Part shown: positions 39,214 to 49,084 of the stretch, one piece after another
Position numbering within the stretch: position 1 is the stretch's first letter
How the letters are laid out: the number at the start of each line of letters is the position of its first letter
Assembly: GCA_037133055.1 (NCBI GenBank)
Contig: JBAXOY010000001.1
Span: 1 to 64,000 of the forward strand
Source: Chlamydiota bacterium
Lineage (GTDB): Bacteria > Auribacterota > Tritonobacteria > UBA1439
Reading direction: 5' to 3'
DNA length: 64,000 bases
Notes under the pieces: model-generated
What the model was told of the DNA's origin: nothing
The model's input: the letters and a program-made list of their open reading frames with translations, nothing else
Databases searched by the model: none
Made by a program: the position numbers and the translations under genes

Positions 39214-40161
39214 CTATTCTTTTTCCTCCCTGAAGTACGGCCGCCCCAGCGCCTCCGGCGCCCCCACCGCGCGCCGCGACGCCTTCCCCTGCGCGAGCGC
39301 GAGGAAGGCGATCGTGCCGAGGTAGGGGATCATCTGGAGGAACTGCACCGGGATGACCGTGCCGCGCGCCTGGAGCCGGGTGTCGAGCGAGTAGAGCGCC
39401 CCGAAGAGGAGCGCGCCGAGCGTCGCCTTGCCGGGGTGCCAGTTGCCGAATATCACGAGCGCGAGCGCCACCCATCCCCTCCCCGCGGTCATCTGCTCCC
39501 TCCACCCCGGGGAAAGCGAGAGGGAGAGGTAGGCGCCACCGAGCCCGGCCAGTATCCCCCCGAGCGCCACGCAGAGGTAGCGGACGGCGGCGACGCTGAC
39601 CCCCATCACGTCCGCCGTCGAGGGGCTCTCCCCGACCGCCCGGATGCAGAGCCCGAGCCTCGTCCTGAAGAGCATGAACCAGACCGCAAAGGCGAGGGCG
39701 TAGGTCAGATAGGCGAGGATGTTCTGGCGGAAGAGCGCCTCGCCGAAAAACGGGATCTGCGCGAGAAGGGGGATAGGGAGCGCGGCGAAGCTCAGCGGCG
39801 CGGGCTGCATGATCAGATTGAGGCGCTCGCCGATGAACGAGGAGATGCCGAGGCCGAGGATGGAGAGGGCGAGCCCGCTCACGATCTGGTTCGCCCTGAA
39901 GGTCACCGAGAGGAGCGCGTGTGCAAGGCTGAAGACCCCCCCCACCAGCATCGCCGCCGCCACGCCCGCGAGGAGGCTCGAACCGGCGGTGCATGCCGCG
40001 AAGCCGCAGACCGCCCCCATAAGCATCATCCCCTCGGCGCCGAGGTTCAGGACCCCCGCCCGCTCGCAGATGATCTCGCCGAGCGCGACGAGGAGGAGCG
40101 GCGCCCCCTGGTCCACCGCCGCCGCCAGGACCACCTGGATGAATCCCGGCCAGTTATCCAT
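39214..40161 (-). CDS. Nucleoside/purine ABC transporter permease
   Basis: ERAGVLNLGAEG, AGRGWVALALVIFGNW. Confidence 0.9.
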   Translation of the reverse strand: MDNWPGFIQVVLAAAVDQGAPLLLVALGEIICERAGVLNLGAEGMMLMGAVCGFAACTAGSSLLAGVAAAMLVGGVFSLAHALLSVTFRANQIVSGLALSILGLGISSFIGERLNLIMQPAPLSFAALPIPLLAQIPFFGEALFRQNILAYLTYALAFAVWFMLFRTRLGLCIRAVGESPSTADVMGVSVAAVRYLCVALGGILAGLGGAYLSLSLSPGWREQMTAGRGWVALALVIFGNWHPGKATLGALLFGALYSLDTRLQARGTVIPVQFLQMIPYLGTIAFLALAQGKASRRAVGAPEALGRPYFREEKE

Positions 40162-41245
40162 GGATGTGCCCCTCCGCGGCGCGGGCCGTCCCCGCGCGCC
40201 GCGCAACGATCCGGTAATTCAGGAACAGGTCCCCTGCGAGGAGGAAGAACAGGATCGAGCCGGTGAGGATGTTGATCACCGATGCCGGGACGCCCAGTTC
40301 GATCTGGATCATCTCGCCCCCCGTGAGGAGCCCCCCGAAAAGAAACGCGACGATCGCGACGCCGAGGGGCCTCGCCTTCGCGAGCCATGCCACGACGATC
40401 GCGGTGTAGCCGTACTGGGCGAACACCTCGCGCGGGATCCTGCACTCGACCCCCGCGACCTGGCAGAACCCTGAGATCCCGGAGAGCCCCCCCGCGAGGG
40501 TCATCACCAGGAATATGTTCTTTCGTATCGCCATCCCCGCGTACCGGGCGCATTCCGGGCTGTCGCCGATCACCTTTACCTCGAACCCCCAGACGGTCTT
40601 CGCCAGAAGCAGCTGCAGGACCACCGCGGCGCCCGCGGCCAGGAATGCGCCGGCGTGGACCCTCCCCCACCCCACCCGCATGAGACAGGCAGGCGGGGGG
40701 AAGGGGCTCGTGAACGGGAAGCCGTCCGCGCCGCGGAGCGGCCCGTAAACAAAGAACTGGATCAGGTAGATCGCCACCCAGTTCATGAGGAGCGTCGTGA
40801 TGATCTCACTCACGTTGAGGCGCGCGCGGAGCGCGCCGGGAATGCCCCCCCAGAGGGCTCCGGCGGCGAACGAGGCGAGGAGCATGAGGGCGAAGTAGGA
40901 GACGCGGCCGAGGCCCGGGATCACGAGGGCGACAAGGGATGCAGCGAGCGCCCCGACCACATACTGCCCCTCGGCCCCGATGTTCCAGAGGCGCATGCGG
41001 AGCGCGAGGGAGACGCTCAGTCCGCAGAAGAGGAGCGGGATCGCCTTGACCACCGTTTCCGAGAGCCCGTAGCTCGTCCCGAACGCCCCCCTGCAGAGGG
41101 CCGCGTAGGCGCCGCACGGGTTCACGCCGACGGCCGCGATCACTGCGCCGCCGAGGAACAGCGCGAGCGAGAGAGAGCCCAGCGTGACCGCGGCACGCAG
41201 CGCCCGCGAGGCGTGGAGCCGCTTCTCGATCGCGAGCGCGATCAT
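40154..41245 (-). CDS. Nucleoside/purine ABC transporter permease
   Basis: WNIGAEGQ, EIITTLLMNW, YGYTAIVVAWLA. Confidence 0.9.
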   Translation of the reverse strand: MIALAIEKRLHASRALRAAVTLGSLSLALFLGGAVIAAVGVNPCGAYAALCRGAFGTSYGLSETVVKAIPLLFCGLSVSLALRMRLWNIGAEGQYVVGALAASLVALVIPGLGRVSYFALMLLASFAAGALWGGIPGALRARLNVSEIITTLLMNWVAIYLIQFFVYGPLRGADGFPFTSPFPPPACLMRVGWGRVHAGAFLAAGAAVVLQLLLAKTVWGFEVKVIGDSPECARYAGMAIRKNIFLVMTLAGGLSGISGFCQVAGVECRIPREVFAQYGYTAIVVAWLAKARPLGVAIVAFLFGGLLTGGEMIQIELGVPASVINILTGSILFFLLAGDLFLNYRIVARRAGTARAAEGHIHG

Positions 41246-42846
41246 GATGCCTGCCCCCCCCGATCCCACGGGACCGGCTGCCCCGTCATAAGGAGGCCGA
41301 GCATCTCGAGCGTCGCCTCGCCGCGCATCATGACCCTGCTCAATTTCCCGCGGTGCATCACCGCGAGCCTGTCGCTCAGGGCGCACACCTCGTCGAGATC
41401 CTCCGAGACGAGCAGCACCGCCGCCCCGTATTTCCGCATCGCGAGAAGGGCGCGGCGGATGCCCTCGGCGGCGCCGACGTCGAGACCCCTTGTCGGGTGG
41501 ACCGCGAGGAGCGCGCGGGGGCTTGACGAAAGCTCGCGGGCAAGGATGATCTTCTGGAGGTTTCCCCCCGAGAGGAGTCTCACGGGGGCGCGAAGATCGG
41601 GAACAGCGATCCCGTAGCGCCTGATCAGCTCGCCCGCCCACTCCCCGGCCTCCCGCTCATCGAGGAGGATTCCCGAGGCGATCGGCGGTGAGTGGTAGCT
41701 CTTGAGGATCAGGTTGTCGACGGCGTCGAGCCCGGACGCCGTGCCCACCCTGCTCCGGTCGCCGGGTATGCAGGCAAGGCCGCGGGCGATGATCTCCGAG
41801 GGCGACGCCCCCGCCATGTTTTTTCCGAGCAGCGCGTACCTCCCTCCCGAGGGCTTCCGCAGGCCCGTGAGCACCTCTTCGAGCTCCTTCTGCCCGTTTC
41901 CGGAGACGCCCGCGATTCCGAAGATCTCTCCCCCGCGGAGATCGAGGTCGACGCCGCGGAGCGCGGGGGCGCCGCGCGGGCCGGGCGCCATGAGACCCGT
42001 GAGCTCTATGACCGGCAGCCCCTCCGCCCTCACGGGCGCGGCGGCGGAAGCGGGCGCGCCCGCATGCCCGCGGAATGAAATGGGCAGCCCCCGAGATGCG
42101 CGCGCGGGCGTGAGCTCTCTCCCCACCATCAGGCGGGCGAGTTCGCGCTCGTGTGTCGCGGCGCGGTCAAGGACCGCGACGACCGTCCCTTTCCGGAGGA
42201 CGGTGATGCGGTCCGATATCTCCATCACCTCGTCGAGCTTGTGCGAGATGAAGATGACCGCCCGGCCCTTCTGTGCAAACCCGCGCATCGTCTCGAAGAG
42301 CGCGCGGGTCTCGCCGGGCGCGAGCACCGCCGTCGGCTCGTCCAGTATGAGCACGCGCACCTGTCGGAGGAGCATCTTCACGATCTCGACGCGCTGCTGC
42401 TCGCCCACCGAGAGCTGCCAGACGGGGGCGCGCAGGTCCACCGCCAGGCCGTAGCGCCGCGCCACCCTCTCGACACGGTTTTCGATATCCCGCGCGCGGT
42501 AAAGGAACGGGAGCCCGGGCATCCCGAGCGCCGCGTTTTCGGCGACGGTGTGGCGGGGGATGAGCGTGCTGTGCTGATGCACCATCCCGACGCCGAGGGC
42601 GATGGCGTCGCGCGGGGAGCCGATCGCCGCGGGGCGTCCGTCGAGCCGGATCTCCCCCGCGTCGGGACGGTAGAGGCCGGCGAGGATGTTCATCAGGGTG
42701 GATTTGCCCGCCCCGTTCTCCCCGAGGAGGGCGTGGATCTCTCCGCGGCGGACATCGAAATCGACGCCGTCGTTGGCGACGACGACGGGGAAGCTCTTGC
42801 GGATGCCGCACATCCGCACCGCCGGCTCGTGTATCGTTTCGCTCAT
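41242..42846 (-). CDS. CUT2-type ABC transporter ATP-binding protein
   Basis: GENGAGKSTL, LSVGEQQR, LSGGNLQK, PTRGLDVGA. Confidence 0.93.
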   Translation of the reverse strand: MSETIHEPAVRMCGIRKSFPVVVANDGVDFDVRRGEIHALLGENGAGKSTLMNILAGLYRPDAGEIRLDGRPAAIGSPRDAIALGVGMVHQHSTLIPRHTVAENAALGMPGLPFLYRARDIENRVERVARRYGLAVDLRAPVWQLSVGEQQRVEIVKMLLRQVRVLILDEPTAVLAPGETRALFETMRGFAQKGRAVIFISHKLDEVMEISDRITVLRKGTVVAVLDRAATHERELARLMVGRELTPARASRGLPISFRGHAGAPASAAAPVRAEGLPVIELTGLMAPGPRGAPALRGVDLDLRGGEIFGIAGVSGNGQKELEEVLTGLRKPSGGRYALLGKNMAGASPSEIIARGLACIPGDRSRVGTASGLDAVDNLILKSYHSPPIASGILLDEREAGEWAGELIRRYGIAVPDLRAPVRLLSGGNLQKIILARELSSSPRALLAVHPTRGLDVGAAEGIRRALLAMRKYGAAVLLVSEDLDEVCALSDRLAVMHRGKLSRVMMRGEATLEMLGLLMTGQPVPWDRGGQAS

Positions 42847-42932
42847 GGAATTGGCGAGAGCGTCACCCGGCTCATTCCGTTGCGGTTGCACTCCTTGAGA
42901 GTATCATCCTTTTGAGATCTGGGATTTGGGAT

Positions 42933-44015
42933 TTATTTCGGTATCCGCCCCTCGACCCCCTCCACGAAATAGCTCATGGTGTAGAGTTCGCGGTCCGTGG
43001 GGGCCTTCCCGTCGGGGATCGCCGTCTTCCCCTCCTGATCCCTGACCGGTCCCCGGAAGACCACGAGCTTCTTCTCCGCGATCTCCTTCTTCTTCTCCGT
43101 GACGAGCTTCTTCACCTCCTCCGGAACCATCGGGCCGAGAGGGGCGATGTCCACGATCCCCGTCTCGATCCCCCACCAGATCGGCTCGTTGCTCCACTTC
43201 CCCTCATGGAGATCGGTCGCGATCTTCGTGTAGAGAGGGACCCAGTTCCAGACGGCGGAGGTCAGGTGGGCCGTCGGGGCGAACCGGCTCATGTCGGTGT
43301 TGTACCCGATGCTCCAGACCCCGTGCTCCTGGGCGGCCTGCTGGGGGCCCGATGAGTCCTGGTGCTGGGCGATCACGTCGGCCCCGACCTCGATAAGGCT
43401 CTCCGCTGCCTCCTTCTCCTTTGCCGGGTCGAACCAGGTATAGGTCCAGACCACCCTGACCTTCGCCCTCGGGTTGACCGATCGGACCCCGAGGGTGAAC
43501 GCGTTGATGCCGCGGATCACCTCGGGGATCGGGTGCGCGGCGACATAGCCGATGTCGTTCTTCTTCGTCATCTTCCCCGCGACGATCCCGGTGAGGTAGC
43601 GGGCCTGGTACATCCTCCCGAAATAGTTTGACATGTTGGCGGAGCGCTTCGATCCGGAACAGTGCATGAAGACGGTCTTCGGGTAGTTCTTCGCCGCCTC
43701 CTCGCACGGGTCCATGTAGCCGTAGCTCGTCGCGAAGATCAAATTGAATCCCATCTCCGCGAACTGGGTCATCACGCGCGTCGCGTCCGCCCCCTCCTTC
43801 ACGTTCTCGACGAACCGGGTCTTCTTCACGAACGGGAGCTTCTCGATCGACTTCCTCCCCTCGTCGTGGGCCCAGTTCCACCCGGCGTCCCCGACCGGGG
43901 CGACGTAGACGAACCCGGCCCGTATCTCCTTCACCGGCTCGAACGCCCCCAGGGGCGTCCCGGCGCTCCACTGCCATGCGAAGAACGCGACCATGCCGGC
44001 GGCCGTCCTTTTCAT
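42933..44015 (-). CDS. BMP-family ABC substrate-binding protein (purine-binding type)
   Basis: [51 protein letters not shown]. Confidence 0.9.
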   Translation of the reverse strand: MKRTAAGMVAFFAWQWSAGTPLGAFEPVKEIRAGFVYVAPVGDAGWNWAHDEGRKSIEKLPFVKKTRFVENVKEGADATRVMTQFAEMGFNLIFATSYGYMDPCEEAAKNYPKTVFMHCSGSKRSANMSNYFGRMYQARYLTGIVAGKMTKKNDIGYVAAHPIPEVIRGINAFTLGVRSVNPRAKVRVVWTYTWFDPAKEKEAAESLIEVGADVIAQHQDSSGPQQAAQEHGVWSIGYNTDMSRFAPTAHLTSAVWNWVPLYTKIATDLHEGKWSNEPIWWGIETGIVDIAPLGPMVPEEVKKLVTEKKKEIAEKKLVVFRGPVRDQEGKTAIPDGKAPTDRELYTMSYFVEGVEGRIPK

Positions 44016-44177
44016 CTGTTCCTCCCGAATATTTCGACTCCACGTGCCATCGACGGGAGAGTATAGCATCCGTTCCCTCGCCGCCTCCACCGCGATCTGC
44101 CGCAATTCGGGATCTGGCGCGATTTGCTGTGCGGGTCCACGATCCTAGCTCCGTCTCCACGGGGGCCTTCCGCTTCG

Positions 44178-44214
44178 GGGATTTTTTGGATTTGGGATTT
44201 GGGGTTTGGGATTT
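44178..44214. repeat. (GGGATTT)n heptamer array
   Basis: Degenerate copies upstream of BMC-H promoter; further arrays at 42911-42934, 44647-44675, 45538-45587 (inverted) and 45729-45755. Confidence 0.8.
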
Positions 44215-44314
44215 CCCATCCAGCACTCTCCCCTTGACCCCCTCCGCGGCGCTGTACTATGATGTGCCCCTGTTTCACATGCGCGCGGCGCACACATCAG
44301 CGGAGGATCACACA

Positions 44315-44605
44315 ATGGCCGAAGCACTGGGAATGATCGAGACGCGCGGGTTTGCCGCCATGGTGGAGGCGTCGGACGCCATGGTGAAGGCGGCCAAGGT
44401 CGAGCTCGTGAGCTACGAGAAGATCGGCGGAGGGTACGTCACGGCGATCGTCCGCGGCGATGTCGCGGCGGTGCGCGCGGCGGTGGAGGCCGGGGCGCGG
44501 GGCGCGGAGAAGGTGGGAGAGCTCGTCTCCGTCCACGTGATACCGAGGCCGCACGTCAACGTGGACACGGTTTTGCCGCTCGGCCGTCCGCATCCGAAGG
44601 ACTGA
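44315..44605 (+). CDS. Bacterial microcompartment hexamer shell protein (BMC-H)
   Basis: [49 protein letters not shown]. Confidence 0.95.
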   Translation: MAEALGMIETRGFAAMVEASDAMVKAAKVELVSYEKIGGGYVTAIVRGDVAAVRAAVEAGARGAEKVGELVSVHVIPRPHVNVDTVLPLGRPHPKD

Positions 44606-44690
44606 TCCCGGCCATCCCCTTCTTTTTTCCGTGAATCCTTGCCTTTTGGGATTTGGGATCTGGGATTTGGGATTTACCCCGGAGGGGTTC

Positions 44691-45002
44691 ATGCAGCTCG
44701 GCAGAGTGGTGGGTTCGGTCGTCTCGACCCGGAAGAGCGAGAACATCCAGGGGCTGAAGCTCCTCCTGGTCCAGCAGCTCTCCCACGGCGGGAGCGCTCT
44801 CAAGAACTACGTCATGGCGGTCGACGTGGTGCAGGCGGGGACCGGCGACGTGGTGCTCTACTCCGAGGGGAGCTCATGCCGGCAGACCGCCCAGACCGAC
44901 AAGCGGCCCGTGGACGGGGTCGTCATGGCGATCGTCGACACGTGGGAAGTCGGAGGCAAAGAGGTCTATTCAAAGTCGCGCGAGGACGGCGCATCGAAAT
45001 GA
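44691..45002 (+). CDS. EutN/CcmL-family pentamer shell protein (BMC-P) 1
   Basis: MQLGRVVGSVVSTRK...G.KLLLVQ...AVD.VQAG.GD.V...GSS...PVD...AIVD. Confidence 0.92.
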   Translation: MQLGRVVGSVVSTRKSENIQGLKLLLVQQLSHGGSALKNYVMAVDVVQAGTGDVVLYSEGSSCRQTAQTDKRPVDGVVMAIVDTWEVGGKEVYSKSREDGASK

Positions 45003-45271
45003 AAATCGGGAAAGTAATCGGCACGGTGGTGGCGACCCGGAAGGTGGAGTCGCTGAACGGCGTCAAGCTCCTCCTCGTCCAGCCGCTCGACGAAGACGGA
45101 AAGCCCGCGGGCGAGCCCGTCGTCGCCTGCGACAGCCAGCAGTCCGGCCCCGGGGAGACCGTCTTCTTCATCGGCGGCCGCGAGGCGTCGCTGCCCCTGC
45201 CGGAGCCTTTCAATCCCGCCGACGCGGCCATCACCGGGATCATCGACGCCGTGACAAAGGACGCCCCATGA
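44999..45271 (+). CDS. EutN/CcmL-family pentamer shell protein (BMC-P) 2
   Basis: MKIGKVIGTVVATRK, ACD..QSGPGE.V, GREA, PADAAITGIID; ATGA overlap. Confidence 0.92.
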   Translation: MKIGKVIGTVVATRKVESLNGVKLLLVQPLDEDGKPAGEPVVACDSQQSGPGETVFFIGGREASLPLPEPFNPADAAITGIIDAVTKDAP

Positions 45272-45597
45272 AGATCGGCACCGTCATCGGCACGGTGGTG
45301 GCGACCCTGAAGCCCGAGGGGTTCAACGGCCGCAAGCTCCTCCTCGTCCGCCCCGAGGACCCGTACGGGAAGAAGACCGAGACCCCGGTGATTGCCGTGG
45401 ACACGGTCTCTGCGGGGGAGGGCGACCGGGTGATCTTCGTGGACGAGGGGAACTCCGCGCGGCAGGTGCTGGACTGGAAGGACGGCTGCGTGCGCGCCGT
45501 CATCGTGGGCTACATCGACGAGATCGACATCCCACGAAATCCCAAATCCCCGGATTCAAATCCCAAATCCCAAATCCCGAATCCCAAGAAGAAGTAG
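45268..45597 (+). CDS. EutN/CcmL-family pentamer shell protein (BMC-P) 3 with repeat-encoded tail
   Basis: MKIGTVIGTVVATLK, AVDTVSAGEGD.V, EGNSAR, IVGYID; tail NPKSPDSNPKSQIPNPKKK. Confidence 0.92.
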   Translation: MKIGTVIGTVVATLKPEGFNGRKLLLVRPEDPYGKKTETPVIAVDTVSAGEGDRVIFVDEGNSARQVLDWKDGCVRAVIVGYIDEIDIPRNPKSPDSNPKSQIPNPKKK

Positions 45598-45755
45598 GTT
45601 CCCGCTATGCCTCTTCTGTGACGCCAAGGGTGCCTTGCGTCGTCGGGATTTCGCTTCCGCTGATTGAGAAGACCCTCCAGGAGAGGGGACTGCCGGGGAC
45701 CCGGATAGGAAGAGAAGGGTGTGTCTCTTTGATTTGGGATTTGGGATTTGGGATT

Positions 45756-47471
45756 TTATTCCAGTGCCCGCCGCACCATCCCCGCGATCTCATCTGCGGC
45801 GCCCCCCATGTCGACGAGCCGCGCATCCTTCTCGCCCCGGACCTTCAGCTCAACCTTCCCCTGCGCGAGACCCTTCGGCCCGACGACGACCCTGAGCGGG
45901 ATGCCGACGAGGTCGGCGTCCTTGAACTTCACCCCCGGCCGCTCGTCCCTGTCGTCGAGGAGCACCTCCACCCCCCGCACCTCGAGGGCGGCGCAGAGCT
46001 CCCCGGCGGCGCGTATCGTCGGCTCGTCCGTCACCTTCATCGCGATGATCTCGACGTGGTACGGCGCGATGGCCATCGGCCATATGATCCCGTCGGCGTC
46101 GTGGTGCTGCTCGATCGCGGCGGCGACGGTCCGTGTGACGCCGATGCCGTAGCAGCCCATGACGAACGGCTTCGCCGCCCCGTCCTCGTCCGAGAACGTC
46201 GCCCCCATCGACTCGCTGTACTTCCTGCCCAGCTTGAAGATCTGCCCGACCTCGATCCCGCGGTACGCCGTGAGCGGCGCGCCGCACCTCGGGCACCCGT
46301 CGCCCTCCCGGCTCACGGCGAGGTCGTGGTACTCCGCGGCGGTAAAATCGCGACCCTCGCTCACCCCCGCGAGGTGATGGTCGGTCCGGTTCGCCCCCGT
46401 GACGCCGTCCCGCATCCCCTTCACCGTGCGGTCGGCGATGACGAGGACCCCTTTGAGGCCGAGGGGCCCCGCGAAGCCGACCTCGGCCCCCGTGACTTTC
46501 CGGATCGCCGCCTCGTCGGCCAGCTCCAGCCCGGCGCGGCCGAGGGCCTTGCCGAGCTTCGGCTCGCTCACATCCCTGTCGCCGCGGATGAGCACCGCGA
46601 CCGTCTCCTCCCCCGCGCGGTAGAGCAGCGTTTTGATGAGCCGGTCCGGCGTCACGCCGAGGAACGCCGTCACCTCCTCGACCGTCTTCCTCCCCGGGGT
46701 GTGGACCTCGCGGAGCTCCGCCTCTTCGCGCTCCTCCGCAGGCGGCACCGCGCCGGTCGCCGTGTCGGTCGTCGCGGCGTAGCCGCAGGCCTCCGACGGG
46801 CACGAGATCACCACGGACTCTCCCGTCTCGGCGAGCACCATGAACTCGTGCGTGTCCTTCCCCCCCATGAGGCCGGGGTCGGCGAGCACCGCCCTGAAGG
46901 TGAGCCCGCACCGCCTGAAGATGCGGGAGTACACTTCGTGCATGCGCAGGTAGTACTCCTCGAGCGACGCTGCGTCCCGGTGGAATGAATAGGCGTCCTT
47001 CATCGTGAACTCTCTCCCGCGCATCACGCCGAAGCGCGGCCGCACCTCGTCCCGGAACTTGGTCTGTATCTGGTACAGGCAGAGCGGCAGCTCGCGGTAA
47101 GAGCGCACCTCGCCCCGCACCGTCGCGGTGATGACCTCCTCGTGCGTGGGCCCGAGCGCGAACTCCCTGTCGTGCCGGTCCTTGAGGCGCATGAGCTCCT
47201 TGCCGTACTCGTCCCAGCGCCCGCTCTCGCGCCAGAGCTCCGCGGGGCTCAGGATGGGGAGGAGCAGCTCCTGCGCGCCCGCGCGGTCCATCTCCTCGCG
47301 CACGATGCGCTCGACCTTCCTGATGCTCCGCCACCCGAGCGGGAGGTAGGTGTAGACCCCCGCGCCGAGCTTCCGCATCATCCCCGCGCGAAGCATCAGC
47401 CTGTGGCTGGCGATCTCGGCGTCCGCGGGGCTCTCTTTCAATGTCGGTATGAATGCGTGTGTCCATTTCAT
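45756..47471 (-). CDS. proS: Proline--tRNA ligase (bacterial type with editing domain)
   Basis: SHRLMLRAG, LGPTHEE, KFRDEVRPRFGVMRGREF.MKDAYSF, MGCYGIG, GVKFKDADLVG. Confidence 0.97.
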   Translation of the reverse strand: MKWTHAFIPTLKESPADAEIASHRLMLRAGMMRKLGAGVYTYLPLGWRSIRKVERIVREEMDRAGAQELLLPILSPAELWRESGRWDEYGKELMRLKDRHDREFALGPTHEEVITATVRGEVRSYRELPLCLYQIQTKFRDEVRPRFGVMRGREFTMKDAYSFHRDAASLEEYYLRMHEVYSRIFRRCGLTFRAVLADPGLMGGKDTHEFMVLAETGESVVISCPSEACGYAATTDTATGAVPPAEEREEAELREVHTPGRKTVEEVTAFLGVTPDRLIKTLLYRAGEETVAVLIRGDRDVSEPKLGKALGRAGLELADEAAIRKVTGAEVGFAGPLGLKGVLVIADRTVKGMRDGVTGANRTDHHLAGVSEGRDFTAAEYHDLAVSREGDGCPRCGAPLTAYRGIEVGQIFKLGRKYSESMGATFSDEDGAAKPFVMGCYGIGVTRTVAAAIEQHHDADGIIWPMAIAPYHVEIIAMKVTDEPTIRAAGELCAALEVRGVEVLLDDRDERPGVKFKDADLVGIPLRVVVGPKGLAQGKVELKVRGEKDARLVDMGGAADEIAGMVRRALE

Positions 47472-47481
47472 GGCATTTTTC

Positions 47482-48534
47482 CTACTCCACCGTCACCTTC
47501 TCCGTCGCCACGGCGAGCGCGGTCTCGGCGCGCGCGATCGAGTGGAGCGGGATCAGGGCGAGGTGGATGGTGTAGATGCCCGGGTGCGTCGCGGGGTCTA
47601 TCACGGCGTCGACAAGGGTTTTGTAGACGGGCAGCCTGATCCCATCCGGGTCGCTGATGAAGGGGATGACTCCGGAGGTGATCCTGCCCCTCTTCGTGAG
47701 CGAATATTTCTTTCCGTCGGGCGCAATGATCACGGCGTATCCCTTCACGGCCGCCGGCAGAGGCTGTGCGATGGCATCGAGCGAAAACTTCTCCCCCGCC
47801 CTGACCTTCCTCCCGCTCGGCGCCGCGTACAGGGGTGCAAGGGGTTTAAGGCCCAGCATCTTTCTCGCCTCCGCAGGGGTGGCGATCGGCCGCTTCAGGG
47901 CGCGCGCGATCGAGACCGCCTGCCGCAGGTAGTCGAGGTTGACGGGATTCCCCTTGTAGGGCCACGCGCGGCTCTCGCGGAGGCCGAGGCGGAGGTGACC
48001 GCCTTCCCGGATGATCTTCCGCATCGCCTCGATCGGCGCCTTGCCGCCTGCGGGCGAGAACAGGGTCCTCCTCCCCTGCGCGGCGCAGAGCTCGATCCGG
48101 CCGTTGCATCGCGCCCACTCGATGACCTCGGTCGTCGCCCCCGCGAGATCGACGTCGAGAATGACGGCGGGCGCCGCCTGGAGCACGCCCTTCACGACCT
48201 CCCGGTAGTTCGCGAGGCTCCGGTCGTAGCGGCAGCCCTCCGGTCCGCTCTCCGGCGCGAGCGGCTGCACGCGCACGACGGTGGCTCCGATACGAAGGCA
48301 CTCCCCCACCTCCCCGAAATAGTCGCGCGGGCGCGTCGGGGCCTCGGCGCAGGGGGCGCTCCCCGGCTCCGGCACCAGCGCCACCTCGATGATGAGCGGC
48401 GCAGGCCCGCGTTTCGCATGCTTCGCGGGCGCGGATTTCGGCATCTTCACGAGCCGGGGCTGCGGATTGTTCTCGGCCCGCGCGCACGCGTAGAGCAAAG
48501 CGGCGGCACAAAGAACGGCGGCCGACCTTCTCAT
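47482..48534 (-). CDS. Putative lipoprotein with degenerate BKACE/Kce-like domain and extra C-terminal domain
   Basis: LLYAC lipobox; PLIIEVAL, GGHLRLGL, ARALKRPIATPAEARKMLGL match BKACE termini; metal ligands absent. Confidence 0.6.
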   Translation of the reverse strand: MRRSAAVLCAAALLYACARAENNPQPRLVKMPKSAPAKHAKRGPAPLIIEVALVPEPGSAPCAEAPTRPRDYFGEVGECLRIGATVVRVQPLAPESGPEGCRYDRSLANYREVVKGVLQAAPAVILDVDLAGATTEVIEWARCNGRIELCAAQGRRTLFSPAGGKAPIEAMRKIIREGGHLRLGLRESRAWPYKGNPVNLDYLRQAVSIARALKRPIATPAEARKMLGLKPLAPLYAAPSGRKVRAGEKFSLDAIAQPLPAAVKGYAVIIAPDGKKYSLTKRGRITSGVIPFISDPDGIRLPVYKTLVDAVIDPATHPGIYTIHLALIPLHSIARAETALAVATEKVTVE

Positions 48535-48905
48535 CGCCCCTTCCCCCGTATCTCTTCAACGATCTCGTTCAGCCGCCACTCGAGCCCCGAGAGGACCCAG
48601 AACATGAAGTGCATCTGGCGCGAGTAGCTGTGGAGGAGCCACATGATCTTGAGCGAGATGAGCACGATGCCGACCTCGATCATCGAGAGGGTGAGCCTGC
48701 CGTGCGTGAGGAGCGACACGGCGAAACAGGCGGCGATGGCGACTGCAAAGAATATATTGAGAAGCTTCTGCTTGAACGTGGGGACGCCGCCGATCCTCCC
48801 GACGATGGCCCGGATGCGCTCCTTCTCCCTCCTGAAATGCTCGATCTCATCGACTAGGGCGGACTCCTTCTCCCTGTCGATATCCCTCGCGGCGCCGTTC
48901 GTCAT
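48531..48905 (-). CDS. Hypothetical two-TM membrane protein
   Basis: EHFRREKERIR..VG.IGG, two TMs, HFMFWVLSGLEWRLNE; ATGA overlap downstream. Confidence 0.75.
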   Translation of the reverse strand: MTNGAARDIDREKESALVDEIEHFRREKERIRAIVGRIGGVPTFKQKLLNIFFAVAIAACFAVSLLTHGRLTLSMIEVGIVLISLKIMWLLHSYSRQMHFMFWVLSGLEWRLNEIVEEIRGKGR

Positions 48906-48993
48906 GGCGGCACAATACCAGCTTCCGCCCGCACGTTCAACCGCAAAAGCCCCGCACCCGTATGGAGTCACTCATGGGGAGCTCCCCCATTAT

Positions 48994-49032
48994 CCCCCTC
49001 CCCCCTTGAGGGGGGGGTCGGGATGGGGGGTG
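48994..49032. repeat. REP-like CCCCTTGAGGGG palindrome with G-rich tail
   Basis: Related copies at 217-266 and 19381-19415. Confidence 0.6.
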
Positions 49033-49084
49033 AAAATACCCGCCGTAAGTGCCCCCAGTATCCGCACCCGGATCGCCGGATGCG

